A stretch of DNA of 64,000 nt from Parcubacteria group bacterium. Its GTDB lineage: Bacteria > Patescibacteriota > Minisyncoccia > Phycocordibacterales > WO2-35-19. The notes under the pieces were generated by a model that was given only the letters and a program-made list of their open reading frames with translations, was not told the DNA's origin and did not search any database. The position numbers were made by a program, and so were the translations under genes. Positions 27,248-36,952 of the stretch are shown here, in pieces; the first letter of the stretch is position 1, and each line of letters starts with the position of its first letter. The DNA is taken from contig JAAZAU010000012.1 in the NCBI GenBank assembly GCA_012514175.1, forward strand, positions 110,897-174,896, written 5' to 3'.

Positions 27248-28516
27248 TCACTGACGAACAACGTAGACACGTTTTCCATCTGCGTCTAACGAGACATCAA
27301 TGAAAGCTACAATATACGGACGGCTATCGCCAGCACTTCCATGACTTTCACTTAAATCCTGTATGAAAGTTCTAGTTTTACCGTCGGATGTGCTAATTTG
27401 AATCTGAGCCGTTTCTGGGCCATAACCACGGTAATAATTCACGCCCACTTGATATGTGCCTAAACCATCGCTTCCACAAGGGACGTAATAATGTTCAGGT
27501 CCAAAACCGGTAACATCGTCCAAATCCAAATACCCGAAAGATCCAGTCATATTCCAATAATACACATGGTTACCGTCGGGCTCAAAGATGTGCAGATCCA
27601 CATCTGGTTCAGCTCCCCACGTAAGCGTAACGGTAATAGCTCCACTACCAAGATAGGTATATGGAAAGACCATATCCACGATTCTGGAAGCCAAATCTTC
27701 GTCAATCAATCTTCTGCTAACCAATTTACTTGAAAAATATGATTCAATAAACTGGTGGTTAGAAAAATCTCTATGATCCCCAAAAATACCTGGATCATTA
27801 TCCACATTGGAGTCAAGCACGGGAAACAGGGCTCTAAGCGCATTAATCACTCGGTCGTCATGGGCAGTGTAATAGGTGCTATCGCCATAAAGCAACTTTG
27901 CTGGCGAAGCCACTCCAATCATACCGATGCTTTGGGGAAACTCATTTGACAGAGCTGCCATCGCGTCATTAGCAAACATATTGCCTTGACTATGAGCGAC
28001 CAACAAAACTCTTTTACCTTCCAAAAGATCAGTCTCATATTTTTGGATGAGAGCCGAAGAGTTAACTTCGGCAGTAATCCTAGCGGCCAAAAATTCCTCA
28101 ATAGTGAGAATAATCGGTTGAGCCTCAGGTGGAAAAAGAAGCTGGACGTTTCGCAAACTCATATACATCGCAAAATAAACTTCAGGTGAAGTTCGCGAAA
28201 CCTGTGGAGCGTTGATTTCAACTATCTTTTGACCGATAACCTCAATAACATCCCGAACTTTGTCCACGTGATAGTTGTAAGCTAATTTGAACTCAAAAAC
28301 TTGATCTGGGTAGATAGTTTTGAGAGTTTCTGCATATGCTTTTACAAGCGCAACTCTACCCATCTCCGCTTGGTCTACCGTGTTCCAAACACCATTAACA
28401 AAATAGATCGCAGTGGTTTTAGCGTTGGAACAAAAATCCACTGATGTTTGTCCTGTGTTAGGACAAACGGCAAGCAAAGCAAAAGCGAAAACACCACAAA
28501 GAAGTTTAACTTTCAC
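27248..28516 (-). CDS. secreted alpha/beta-hydrolase (lipase/esterase-like) with C-terminal beta-rich domain
   Basis: 422 aa with signal/lipoprotein-like N-terminus MKVKLLCGVFAFALLAVC and nucleophile elbow LLVAHSQGN (cutinase/lipase-like xHSQG). C-terminal ~130 aa is a separate Gly/Tyr-rich domain. G+C is visibly higher than neighbours. Confidence 0.7.
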   Translation of the reverse strand: MKVKLLCGVFAFALLAVCPNTGQTSVDFCSNAKTTAIYFVNGVWNTVDQAEMGRVALVKAYAETLKTIYPDQVFEFKLAYNYHVDKVRDVIEVIGQKIVEINAPQVSRTSPEVYFAMYMSLRNVQLLFPPEAQPIILTIEEFLAARITAEVNSSALIQKYETDLLEGKRVLLVAHSQGNMFANDAMAALSNEFPQSIGMIGVASPAKLLYGDSTYYTAHDDRVINALRALFPVLDSNVDNDPGIFGDHRDFSNHQFIESYFSSKLVSRRLIDEDLASRIVDMVFPYTYLGSGAITVTLTWGAEPDVDLHIFEPDGNHVYYWNMTGSFGYLDLDDVTGFGPEHYYVPCGSDGLGTYQVGVNYYRGYGPETAQIQISTSDGKTRTFIQDLSESHGSAGDSRPYIVAFIDVSLDADGKRVYVVRQ

Positions 28517-28539
28517 TATCGCACCACCTTTCTTTTCGT

Positions 28540-29061
28540 TTATTCGCAGGGATTTTCTTCTTGGTCAGAACCGTAAAAACCACCACTAAGCAACGCGTTG
28601 AAATTTTGGTAGGCTTTGTTTCGGTTAGGATCACCTTTGAGCATTTCCACTTCCAAAAGCGATGATTCTTCATACATACCCTCTATGCTACCAGTTCTCT
28701 CAAACAAACAATAATTACCTTTACTGATAGCAGCTCTACCCGCTTGAGCAGCACTGTCATCTCCAGCATTGCCAGCGTAAACACCGGTTTGCAAAGCTTT
28801 GGCTTTTTGTCTTAGCGCAGACTGCATAACCGCGCTGTCTGGGTATCGGTCTACAATATATTTATCAAGATCATCCCAAACTCCGTTAGCGTCATCGTCA
28901 TAACCAAAACCATCGTAAGTGCTCTGCGAGGGATTGTTGGTGCCACCAGTATTGGTCGTTTTGGTGTTAGTGGCTTTTTTAGATCCACCAAAACCACAAC
29001 CCAATAAAACAATGCTCAACAAAAGCACGATCGGCAAACAAATAAGCAACGGTTTTTTCAT
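28540..29061 (-). CDS. small secreted lipoprotein, paralog A of a tandem pair
   Basis: 173 aa with lipobox LLGC. Shares YDGFGYDDDANGVWDDLDKYIVDRYPD...LQTGVYAG..DDSAAQAGRAAISK..EESSLLEVEMLKGDPNRNKAYQNFNALLSGGFYGSDQ-ENPCE with the next gene. Stretches of >100 nt are near-identical at DNA level. Confidence 0.6.
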   Translation of the reverse strand: MKKPLLICLPIVLLLSIVLLGCGFGGSKKATNTKTTNTGGTNNPSQSTYDGFGYDDDANGVWDDLDKYIVDRYPDSAVMQSALRQKAKALQTGVYAGNAGDDSAAQAGRAAISKGNYCLFERTGSIEGMYEESSLLEVEMLKGDPNRNKAYQNFNALLSGGFYGSDQEENPCE

Positions 29062-29137
29062 AAATTTCTCCTTTTAGCTGTTAATTGATTGATTTCTCAA
29101 GGTGCGAGACCTAGCCCTGAGTATAACTTATTTTCAT

Positions 29138-29641
29138 TTAAAATGCAGGTGTGAGAGGTTCGCAGGGATTTTCTTTCTGGTCAGAGCCGTAAAAACCACC
29201 ACTAAGCAACGCGTTGAAATTTTGGTAGGCTTTGTTTCGGTTAGGATCACCTTTGAGCATTTCCACTTCCAAAAGCGATGATTCTTCATCAAACCTCCTG
29301 ATGTCACCATCAGTTCTTTCAAGTAAACAATAAAGGGATTTGCTTATGGCAGCTCTACCCGCTTGAGCAGCACTGTCATCTCTAGCACTACCAGCGTAAA
29401 CACCAGTTTGCAAAGCTTTAGCCATTTGCTTCAACGTGGCCTGCATAACCGCGTTGTCTGGGTATCGGTCTACAATATATTTATCAAGATCATCCCAAAC
29501 TCCGTTAGCGTCATCGTCATAACCAAAACCATCGTAAGTGCCAAGTTGAGAAGAATTTTTAGACCCATCAAAATTATAAATCAAAAAAATAACACCTAGT
29601 AAAAACAAAATTGATAAACAAACGAACACAATTTTTTTCAT
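29138..29641 (-). CDS. small secreted/membrane-anchored protein, paralog B of the tandem pair
   Basis: 167 aa with signal-anchor N-terminus. Shares long near-identical nucleotide blocks with 28540..29061. Confidence 0.6.
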   Translation of the reverse strand: MKKIVFVCLSILFLLGVIFLIYNFDGSKNSSQLGTYDGFGYDDDANGVWDDLDKYIVDRYPDNAVMQATLKQMAKALQTGVYAGSARDDSAAQAGRAAISKSLYCLLERTDGDIRRFDEESSLLEVEMLKGDPNRNKAYQNFNALLSGGFYGSDQKENPCEPLTPAF

Positions 29642-29763
29642 AAATTTATTTTTAATGATTGGTTAATAATAGTATTTTACAACATTTCCTGAGATACAAA
29701 ACCCGGTTATGGGTGTAGCTCATAATTTTGGAAATAGCGTCATTTGTGGTAATATTTCAAGGT

Positions 29764-30747
29764 ATGTCAAAAATAATTCTTTCAGGAGTAAAGCCTACAG
29801 GTAGACCTCATATAGGTAATTATTTTGGCGCTATGAAGCAATTCGTAGATTTGCAAAACAGCGAACCAGAAGCCATTAAATATTTCTTTGTAGCGGACTA
29901 CCACGCGCTCAACCTCATTCAAAACGCAGAAGAAATGAGGCAACACTCACGTGATATAGTTTTAGATTTTTTAGCTATTGGCCTTGATCCAAACAAATCT
30001 ATTATTTTCAAACAGTCCGACATTTTAGAACACACAGAACTTTGTTGGATTTTTGACGCAATCACCACTGTGCCATATTTGAAGCGCGCCCACGCTTACA
30101 AAGATGCAGTTGCCAAAGGAGGCGAAGAAATCATTAACGTTGGCACTTTCAATTACCCGATGCTTATGGCAGCCGATATTTTGCTTTACGACACCGACCT
30201 TGTGCCGGTTGGCAAAGATCAAAAACAGCACGTTGAATTTGCTCGTGACACAGCCGAGAAGTTTAATCGTGTTTTTGATAGCGAAACTTTCAAATTGCCT
30301 GAGCCTTACATTTTACCAAATGTAGAAATTGTGCCTGGCACCGATGGACAAAAAATGAGTAAGAGTTATAAAAACACTATCCCGCTTTTTGCTGACGATG
30401 AAGAAATTGAAAAAATAGTGATGGGTATAGTAACTGACTCTACTGGTGAAAAACCGCAAAATGTTTACAACATTCACAAAATTATTCTGTCAGCCAATAA
30501 CGCAAGTGATGTTGTCCAAGACAAACTGCAAAAAATTTACGAGGAAAACAAAGGTAAGTATAAAAACCTAAAAGAAATTTTGATAGAAGATTTAAAAAAT
30601 TTCATAAGACCACTCAGAGAAAAGAGAGCTGAGTTAGCAAAAGATGAAGAACTGGTAAATAATATTTTGAAAGTCGGCAGAGAAAAAGCTGGTCCAGTAG
30701 CAACCGAAAAAATGAAGCAAATAAAAAAAGCTATCGGAGTAATATAA
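29764..30747 (+). CDS. trpS: tryptophan--tRNA ligase
   Basis: HIGH motif in VKPTGRPHIGNYFGA, KMSKS (GQKMSKS). Start taken at ATG 29764 (MSKIILSG), which has an upstream AAGG and TAATAT -10-like hexamer. The track ORF begins upstream. Confidence 0.92.
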   Translation: MSKIILSGVKPTGRPHIGNYFGAMKQFVDLQNSEPEAIKYFFVADYHALNLIQNAEEMRQHSRDIVLDFLAIGLDPNKSIIFKQSDILEHTELCWIFDAITTVPYLKRAHAYKDAVAKGGEEIINVGTFNYPMLMAADILLYDTDLVPVGKDQKQHVEFARDTAEKFNRVFDSETFKLPEPYILPNVEIVPGTDGQKMSKSYKNTIPLFADDEEIEKIVMGIVTDSTGEKPQNVYNIHKIILSANNASDVVQDKLQKIYEENKGKYKNLKEILIEDLKNFIRPLREKRAELAKDEELVNNILKVGREKAGPVATEKMKQIKKAIGVI

Positions 30748-30751
30748 TTAT

Positions 30752-32152
30752 ATGCAAAGAACTTATATAAAAGATTTGAAAGAAAAAATAGGGGAGGAAG
30801 TGATTATTAAAGGTTGGGTTAATGTTCGGCGCGATCAAGGAAAAATGGTTTTCGTTGATATGCGCGATATGACCGGACTTGTGCAATGTGTCGTTTTGCC
30901 AAAAAGCGAAGCTATTGAGGTTGCCAAGGAAATAAGAACCGAATGGGTTTTATCCATAAAAGGAAAGGTAAACGAACGCCCAGAAAAGAATAAAAATGAC
31001 AAGGTTCAAAACGGCGATATTGAAATTGAGATTTTAAACATAGAAATTTTAAATAAAGCTGAAGTTTTACCTTTTGAAATTTCGTCGGATACCAAAGATA
31101 TAAACGAAGATACTCGTCTTAAATATCGTTATCTAGATTTGCGTAGCGAAAGAATGCAAAAAAATATCCGAGCTAGAGGCAAACTCATAAAATACGTAAG
31201 AGATTTTATGGATAGTGAAGGTTTTGTAGAAGTAGAAACTCCAATACTTACTAAATCTACACCAGAAGGTTCGCGCGACTATGTCGTGCCTTCCAGACTT
31301 TACCACGGCAAATTTTATGCTCTACCACAATCACCTCAACAATACAAACAACTTTTAATGACTGCCGGTATGGAAAAATATTTCCAAATTGCGAGATGTA
31401 TGCGCGATGAAGATTCTCGCGGAGACCGACAACCCGAGTTTACACAAATGGACTTAGAAATGAGTTTTGTTGAAAGAGAAGACGTGATGGACATCAACGA
31501 AAGATGCCTCATTGGACTAATCCAAAAACTTTATCCTGAAAAGAAAATACAGCAGATACCTTTTCCAAGACTTTCTTTTGCTGAAGCTATGGAAAAATAT
31601 GGTAGCGACAAACCTGATCTCCGCGAAGACAAAAACGATCAAAATCTTTTAGCTTTTTGTTGGGTAATTGATTTTCCATTTTTTGAAAAAACCGATGAAG
31701 GTGGTTGGACCTTCACTCATAATCCATTTTCTAGACCAAAACCCGAATTTATGGAAGACCTTATGAAAAAAGAGAACATTGAAAAAATCCTAACGACTCA
31801 ATACGACATTGCGTTAAATGGTATGGAAATTGGCGGTGGCAGTATTAGAAACCACGAACCAGAAGCTTTGCAAAAAGTTTTTGAAATTATGGGACACGAA
31901 ACCGAAAAAATAAAAGAAAACTTTGGTCATATGCTATCGGCCTTTTCTTTAGGCACACCCCCTCATGGTGGTATCGCTTGGGGAATAGACAGATTGGTAA
32001 TGATACTTCAAAACGAACCAAACATCCGCGAAGTTATTCCTTTTGCAAAAACCGGGGAAGGTAAGGACCCAATGATGGAATCACCAACCACGATCACAGA
32101 AACTCAACTCCGCGAACTTCATATAAAAATTAGAGACACTAACCCAAAATAA
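30752..32152 (+). CDS. aspS: aspartate--tRNA ligase (compact archaeal/eukaryal-like type)
   Basis: 466 aa with N-terminal OB anticodon-binding domain and class II motifs (FQIARCMRDED..., GGGSIR). Confidence 0.9.
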   Translation: MQRTYIKDLKEKIGEEVIIKGWVNVRRDQGKMVFVDMRDMTGLVQCVVLPKSEAIEVAKEIRTEWVLSIKGKVNERPEKNKNDKVQNGDIEIEILNIEILNKAEVLPFEISSDTKDINEDTRLKYRYLDLRSERMQKNIRARGKLIKYVRDFMDSEGFVEVETPILTKSTPEGSRDYVVPSRLYHGKFYALPQSPQQYKQLLMTAGMEKYFQIARCMRDEDSRGDRQPEFTQMDLEMSFVEREDVMDINERCLIGLIQKLYPEKKIQQIPFPRLSFAEAMEKYGSDKPDLREDKNDQNLLAFCWVIDFPFFEKTDEGGWTFTHNPFSRPKPEFMEDLMKKENIEKILTTQYDIALNGMEIGGGSIRNHEPEALQKVFEIMGHETEKIKENFGHMLSAFSLGTPPHGGIAWGIDRLVMILQNEPNIREVIPFAKTGEGKDPMMESPTTITETQLRELHIKIRDTNPK

Positions 32153-32160
32153 AGATAAAA

Positions 32161-32186
32161 CCCCCAGACGCGAATGCGTCTGGGGG
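32161..32186 (+). terminator. bidirectional terminator after aspS
   Basis: CCCCCAGACGC-GAAT-GCGTCTGGGGG with A/T runs on both sides. Confidence 0.75.
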
Positions 32187-32451
32187 CGGACAACGAGAAT
32201 ACGGAATTGTCAAAAAAGAGAACGAGGACGTCGTGATGCCGAAGGCACGATTTGTTTGGACACAGGCTCCAAACTGCCAACGACAACAGCCGACACCCCG
32301 ATCTCGTTGTTGGTTTACGGTCTACATTTTATTATAGACCAATATACAACTTTTTACCACTTAACATATAAGTATTTATGTGTTATAATTTTATTCACTC
32401 TTATTAAAACAAAGAGAAAAAGAATATTGGAAATATGTTAAAATAAGCCCT

Positions 32452-33183
32452 ATGCACGATGATTTTAAGGTAAAAATAGGGGAAATAGAAGGGCCGTTAG
32501 AGCTTATTTTGGACCTAATAGAAAAGAGGAAACTTCACATAAGTGACGTTTCTCTTTCCCAAGTGGCAGACGAGTTCATTGAATACATAAAATCTTTTGA
32601 GGAATTTCCAATACAAGATTCGGCTGATTTTATTTTGGTTGCTTCAACGCTTTTATTGATTAAGTCCAAATCGCTTTTACCAAATCTTTCACTTACCCCG
32701 GAAGAACAGGACAATATAGAAGATTTAGAAAATAGATTAGCAACCTATAAAAAATACAAGGAGCTTTCTGTAAATGTCGCTCAAAGATTTGGGAATTTTT
32801 TATATTTTGCTAGAGAAAAGAGAAATATCAATATCGTGTTTGCTCCGGCAAACGATATCAATCTTTCTACGTTAAAAAACGCTCTGGTAGAAGTTTTAAA
32901 AAATGTGCCTCAAAAAACTGAAAAACTTCCAAAAGTGGCTATCACCAAAATTATAAGTTTGGAAGAGATGATAAACCGTTTATCAGACAGAATAAAAACC
33001 AGTCTTCGCACTAGTTTTAAAGATTTTTCAGGTATGGGCAAAGCGCAAAAAGTGGATGTGATAGTGAGTTTTTTAGCTATGTTAGAATTAGTAAAACAAG
33101 GCGTGGTAAAAGCCGACCAAAGTAACAATTTTGAAGATATTCAAATAGAAGGCGAAAACGCTGGGGTGCCAAGTTATTATTAA
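32452..33183 (+). CDS. scpA: segregation and condensation protein A
   Basis: 243 aa kleisin ScpA pattern (GPLELILDLIEKRKLHISDVSLSQVADEF...). Confidence 0.85.
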   Translation: MHDDFKVKIGEIEGPLELILDLIEKRKLHISDVSLSQVADEFIEYIKSFEEFPIQDSADFILVASTLLLIKSKSLLPNLSLTPEEQDNIEDLENRLATYKKYKELSVNVAQRFGNFLYFAREKRNINIVFAPANDINLSTLKNALVEVLKNVPQKTEKLPKVAITKIISLEEMINRLSDRIKTSLRTSFKDFSGMGKAQKVDVIVSFLAMLELVKQGVVKADQSNNFEDIQIEGENAGVPSYY

Positions 33184-33194
33184 AAAAGTAAATT

Positions 33195-33746
33195 ATGGAT
33201 TTAGAACAAAAAATAGAAGCTTTGCTATTTTATAAAAACGAACCTTTAACCATAAAAGAATTGGTTAAATACACCTCAGAAAAAGAAAGTAATGTCAGAG
33301 AAGCCCTACAAAGGCTATCAGAAAATCTTTCAAACCGAGGTATTTGCCTTGTTGCAAACGACACAGAAGTTAGTCTAGCGACAGCTGTCCAAATGAAGGA
33401 CTTTTTAGAACAAATCGCCAAAGACGAAATGAGCAAAGAAATAGGCAAAGCCGGACTAGAAACTCTTGCTATAATCCTTTATAATGGGCCTGTAACCAGA
33501 AAAGAGATTGATTATATAAGAGGGGTTAATTCTGCCTTTATATTAAGAAATCTGTGTGTTCGTGGATTAGTAGAAAAGGAAGTGAACGAAAAAGATCAAA
33601 GAACTTTTAAATACAAAAGCAGTCTAGCGCTTTTAGCTCATTTAGGAATTACGAAAGTATCTGAATTGCCAGATTTTGAAATCTTAAATAAAAAAACAAA
33701 CGAATTAAAAAACCCACCTGAAAATGAAGAAGATGATCAAAGATAA
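33195..33746 (+). CDS. scpB: segregation and condensation protein B
   Basis: 183 aa with tandem winged-helix ScpB layout (IEALLFYKNEPLTIKEL...GLVE). Follows scpA. Confidence 0.85.
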   Translation: MDLEQKIEALLFYKNEPLTIKELVKYTSEKESNVREALQRLSENLSNRGICLVANDTEVSLATAVQMKDFLEQIAKDEMSKEIGKAGLETLAIILYNGPVTRKEIDYIRGVNSAFILRNLCVRGLVEKEVNEKDQRTFKYKSSLALLAHLGITKVSELPDFEILNKKTNELKNPPENEEDDQR

Positions 33747-34686
33747 ATTTAAAAAAATATTAGAAATAGAAACGAGAACAAAATATTTTACTCATTTTTT
33801 GTTGTGCCTACTAGTAACTTCAATAATATCTTTCAGCCTACTCGTTGTTCTAGAAACAACTCCTAAGGTTAAAAAAGAAAAACAAACTAAAAAAGTAGAT
33901 GCTTTTGAAACTGTAAAACTGGAAGCTAAAAGCGCTATAGTTTGGGATGTGGTTAATGGAAAAACAATTTTTTCAAAAAACTGTGACGAACCTTTGCCCC
34001 TTGCTTCGCTCACCAAAATAATGACCGCTGTCACCGTTGCCAAAGAAATAGATGATAACCAAAAAATAAAAATAACCCCAGAAGACTTATCACCGGAGGG
34101 AGATTCAAATTTGATAGTCGGAGATATTTGGCGGGCGAGAGAGCTGAGAGATTTTACTTTATTAACCTCTTCTAATGATGGGGCTTACGCTTTAGCCTCG
34201 GTCATTAAAGCCTATCCTAACAATCAACTAACGGACACCGACAACAATTTTGTAAAAAATATGAATGATAACGCGTTAGATATTGGACTTTTGAGTAGTA
34301 AATTCTTTAATGAACACGGTTTAGACAGGGATGAAAATAGAGGAGGCGCTTATGGTTCAGCTCGAGATATGGCTATGCTTTTTGAATACGCTTTAAAAAA
34401 TTACCCTGAAGTTTTAGAAGCCACTCGTTATAAAAATTTACATTTTGCTAGCACCGAAAAAATATACTCTGTTGAAAACACAAATGTTATAGTAGATCAA
34501 ATACCAAACCTCATTGCTTCTAAGACTGGTTACACTGATCTTGCCGGAGGCAACCTAATAATCGCTTTTGACGCTGGGCTCGGACGACCAATTATTATAA
34601 CTGTCCTGGGTTCAACAGAAGAGGGAAGATTTGCTGATGTTTTAAAATTAGTTGAAGCTACTAAGCAACAACTTCCAAATTTATAA
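33724..34686 (+). CDS. D-alanyl-D-alanine carboxypeptidase (S11 family PBP)
   Basis: 320 aa with N-terminal TM and SxxK (ASLTK), SxN (SSNDGA) and KTG (SKTGYT) motifs. Confidence 0.85.
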   Translation: MKKMIKDKFKKILEIETRTKYFTHFLLCLLVTSIISFSLLVVLETTPKVKKEKQTKKVDAFETVKLEAKSAIVWDVVNGKTIFSKNCDEPLPLASLTKIMTAVTVAKEIDDNQKIKITPEDLSPEGDSNLIVGDIWRARELRDFTLLTSSNDGAYALASVIKAYPNNQLTDTDNNFVKNMNDNALDIGLLSSKFFNEHGLDRDENRGGAYGSARDMAMLFEYALKNYPEVLEATRYKNLHFASTEKIYSVENTNVIVDQIPNLIASKTGYTDLAGGNLIIAFDAGLGRPIIITVLGSTEEGRFADVLKLVEATKQQLPNL

Positions 34687-34689
34687 ATT

Positions 34690-35769
34690 ATGATTATTGA
34701 TATTGTAAAAGTTTTTTTACCAGCGGTTGGAGCCTTCGTCTTAGGAGTTTTGATGACCCCAATTTTAACTAACTTCCTTTATTCACATAAGATGTGGAAG
34801 AAGAGGGGAGGCAAAATAGCGCTTGATGGCAACCAAGCCGAGGTTTTCAACAAACTCCATAAAGAAAAAGAAGTAAACACTCCAAGAATGGGTGGAGTTA
34901 TTATTTGGTTTAGTTCGGCAGTTGTTATTATAGGTATCTGGATCGTTTCTAAATTTTTTCCCGGCGACATTACCACAAAACTTGATTTTCTTTCCAGAAA
35001 CCAAACTTGGGTGCCCTTAGGAACACTTCTACTTGGGTCTTTTGCTGGTCTTTTGGATGATTATCTAGAAATCAAAAGATCTGAAAGAACCGACGGGAAA
35101 AATGGCGGTCTTCCAGTAAAAATCCGTCTTTGCGTCGTTTTTGCAATATCTCTGGCTTGCGCTTTGTGGTTTTACGTAAAATTGGATGTAACGGGAATAG
35201 GTCTTCCATTTGGATTTGGAGAACTTTATTTAGGGCCTTTATTTGTTGTATTGTTTTTATTAACTTCGTTATTTATATACGCGAGTGGAGTTATTGATGG
35301 CATAGATGGACTCTCTGGCGGAGTTTTCGCTACTGTGTTTGCGGCTTACGCCGGTATCGCTTTTTATCAACAACAAATAGACCTTGCTGCTTTTTGCACT
35401 GCTGTTGTCGGAGGCATATTGGCATTTCTTTGGTTTAATATTCCGCCAGCCAGATTTTATATGTCAGAAACTGGCACGATGGGGCTCACTATTACGTTAA
35501 CAGTAGTCGCTTTTATGACTGATAGATTGGGCGGAGGTTATGGTTTTTTGGTGCTACCGATTATCGCTTTACCTTTAGTAATAACTGTATTATCCGATCT
35601 TATTCAAGTTTTTTCTAAAAAATTTAGAGGAAAAAAAGTTTTCCGCGTCGCTCCTTTACATCATCATTTTGAAGCCATTGGTTGGCCATCTTATAAAGTA
35701 ACTATGCGTTATTGGGTAGTTTCTGTGGTTTGCGCCATAACTGGTATTACTTTGGCTCTCATTGGATAA
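34690..35769 (+). CDS. mraY: phospho-N-acetylmuramoyl-pentapeptide transferase
   Basis: 359 aa polytopic protein with MraY signatures PRMGGV, LLDDY, GIDGL and HHHFE. Confidence 0.92.
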   Translation: MIIDIVKVFLPAVGAFVLGVLMTPILTNFLYSHKMWKKRGGKIALDGNQAEVFNKLHKEKEVNTPRMGGVIIWFSSAVVIIGIWIVSKFFPGDITTKLDFLSRNQTWVPLGTLLLGSFAGLLDDYLEIKRSERTDGKNGGLPVKIRLCVVFAISLACALWFYVKLDVTGIGLPFGFGELYLGPLFVVLFLLTSLFIYASGVIDGIDGLSGGVFATVFAAYAGIAFYQQQIDLAAFCTAVVGGILAFLWFNIPPARFYMSETGTMGLTITLTVVAFMTDRLGGGYGFLVLPIIALPLVITVLSDLIQVFSKKFRGKKVFRVAPLHHHFEAIGWPSYKVTMRYWVVSVVCAITGITLALIG

Positions 35770-35836
35770 TTCTTTAAAATCTCATAAGTTTTCTTCTCCT
35801 TAGTAAGAGGAGGCTGAGGGTGTTATAATAGAGAGC

Positions 35837-36952
35837 ATGTCAGCTAAACTTGGAAAAATAAGCAAGCCGTTTTTGTTTTGGACTATAATTCTGGTTGTTG
35901 GTGGTTTTTTTATTTTTAGTTCAGCTTCACTTGGAGTTTTGGCTAGAGATGAAGTTAAATTTTCCAATGTCGCTTTTAACCAATTGTTTTACGGTTTATT
36001 TTTTGGTTCTATTGCTTGCCTTTTTTTTGCAAAAACTGATTATCATATCTGGAAAAAATATTCTTTTATATTTTTTGTGGGTTCAATATTGCTTACTGCT
36101 CTGGTATTTGTGCCCGGTATCGGTATGGAACACGGCGGAGCAAAACGCTGGATCAATCTTGGTTTTATCACATTTCAGCCCGCAGAAATTTTAAAAATCT
36201 CTTTTATAATATATTTTGCTGCTTGGCTTTCACAGATGAAAGAAAAAATAGGCACCTTTAAATGGGGTCTTTTGCCGTTCATTGTTTTTGGCGCCATTAT
36301 TGGAGTTATTCTTTTAACCCAACCAGACACCGACACTTTTGCAGTTATTATTTTCGCAGCCCTTTCAATGTATATCGTCGCCGGTGCTAAATGGCGTCAC
36401 ATAGGTTTGATACTTCTTTTGGGTGTGGCTATTGCGACCGCGCTTTATTTCACCAGACCTTACATCAAACAAAGAGTAGATGTAATGCTTCACCCGTCTA
36501 TAAACAACCAAACATCTGGTTACCAACTTAAACAATCTCTAATAGCAATTGGTTCTGGAAAAATGTGGGGCAGGGGATTCGGTCAAAGTATTCAAAAATT
36601 TCATTATCTACCAGAACCAATTGGCGATTCAGTGTTCGCGGTAGCCGCGGAAGAATTCGGTTTTGTGGGAGCCTGTATAATAATAGTCAGCTTTGTTATT
36701 TTTAGTTTTGAAGGCTTGAAAATCTCAATCAGATCAAGAGATGATTTTGGTAGACTTGTGTCTTTAGGAATTGTTATAATGCTAATGTCTCAAGCTTTTA
36801 TCAATATTGGGGGTATGATAGGCGTATTACCGCTTACCGGGATACCTCTACCATTTATCAGCCATGGCGGTACTGCTCTTTTTATAACTTTAATTGAAGT
36901 TGGTATCGTAATGAATATATCTAAAAACAGAAAACGTATTAAAAAATCATGA
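35837..36952 (+). CDS. ftsW: SEDS-family peptidoglycan polymerase FtsW/RodA
   Basis: 371 aa with 10 TM helices and SEDS motifs. Located between mraY and murG. Confidence 0.88.
   Translation: MSAKLGKISKPFLFWTIILVVGGFFIFSSASLGVLARDEVKFSNVAFNQLFYGLFFGSIACLFFAKTDYHIWKKYSFIFFVGSILLTALVFVPGIGMEHGGAKRWINLGFITFQPAEILKISFIIYFAAWLSQMKEKIGTFKWGLLPFIVFGAIIGVILLTQPDTDTFAVIIFAALSMYIVAGAKWRHIGLILLLGVAIATALYFTRPYIKQRVDVMLHPSINNQTSGYQLKQSLIAIGSGKMWGRGFGQSIQKFHYLPEPIGDSVFAVAAEEFGFVGACIIIVSFVIFSFEGLKISIRSRDDFGRLVSLGIVIMLMSQAFINIGGMIGVLPLTGIPLPFISHGGTALFITLIEVGIVMNISKNRKRIKKS

Noticed and set aside
29711-29740. tRNA-like 5' motif GGGTGTAGCTCATAATTTTGGAAATAGCG upstream of trpS, next to the lipase islet
   Set aside because: It resembles the acceptor/D-arm start of a tRNA (GGGUGUAGCUCAG..GAGC), but no anticodon or T arm follows on either strand. 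Possibly a decayed att-site remnant, but too weak to call.
29642-29763. T-box leaders upstream of trpS or tyrS
   Set aside because: Spacers are only ~120 nt (trpS) or absent (tyrS follows DUF167 directly). No specifier-loop or antiterminator architecture is present.
32256-32441. 61-codon ORF in the aspS-scpA spacer
   Set aside because: It overlaps the GC-rich structured element and then runs into an AT-rich promoter region, with improbable composition (LCVIILFTLIKTKRKRILEIC). Interpreted as a non-coding region instead.
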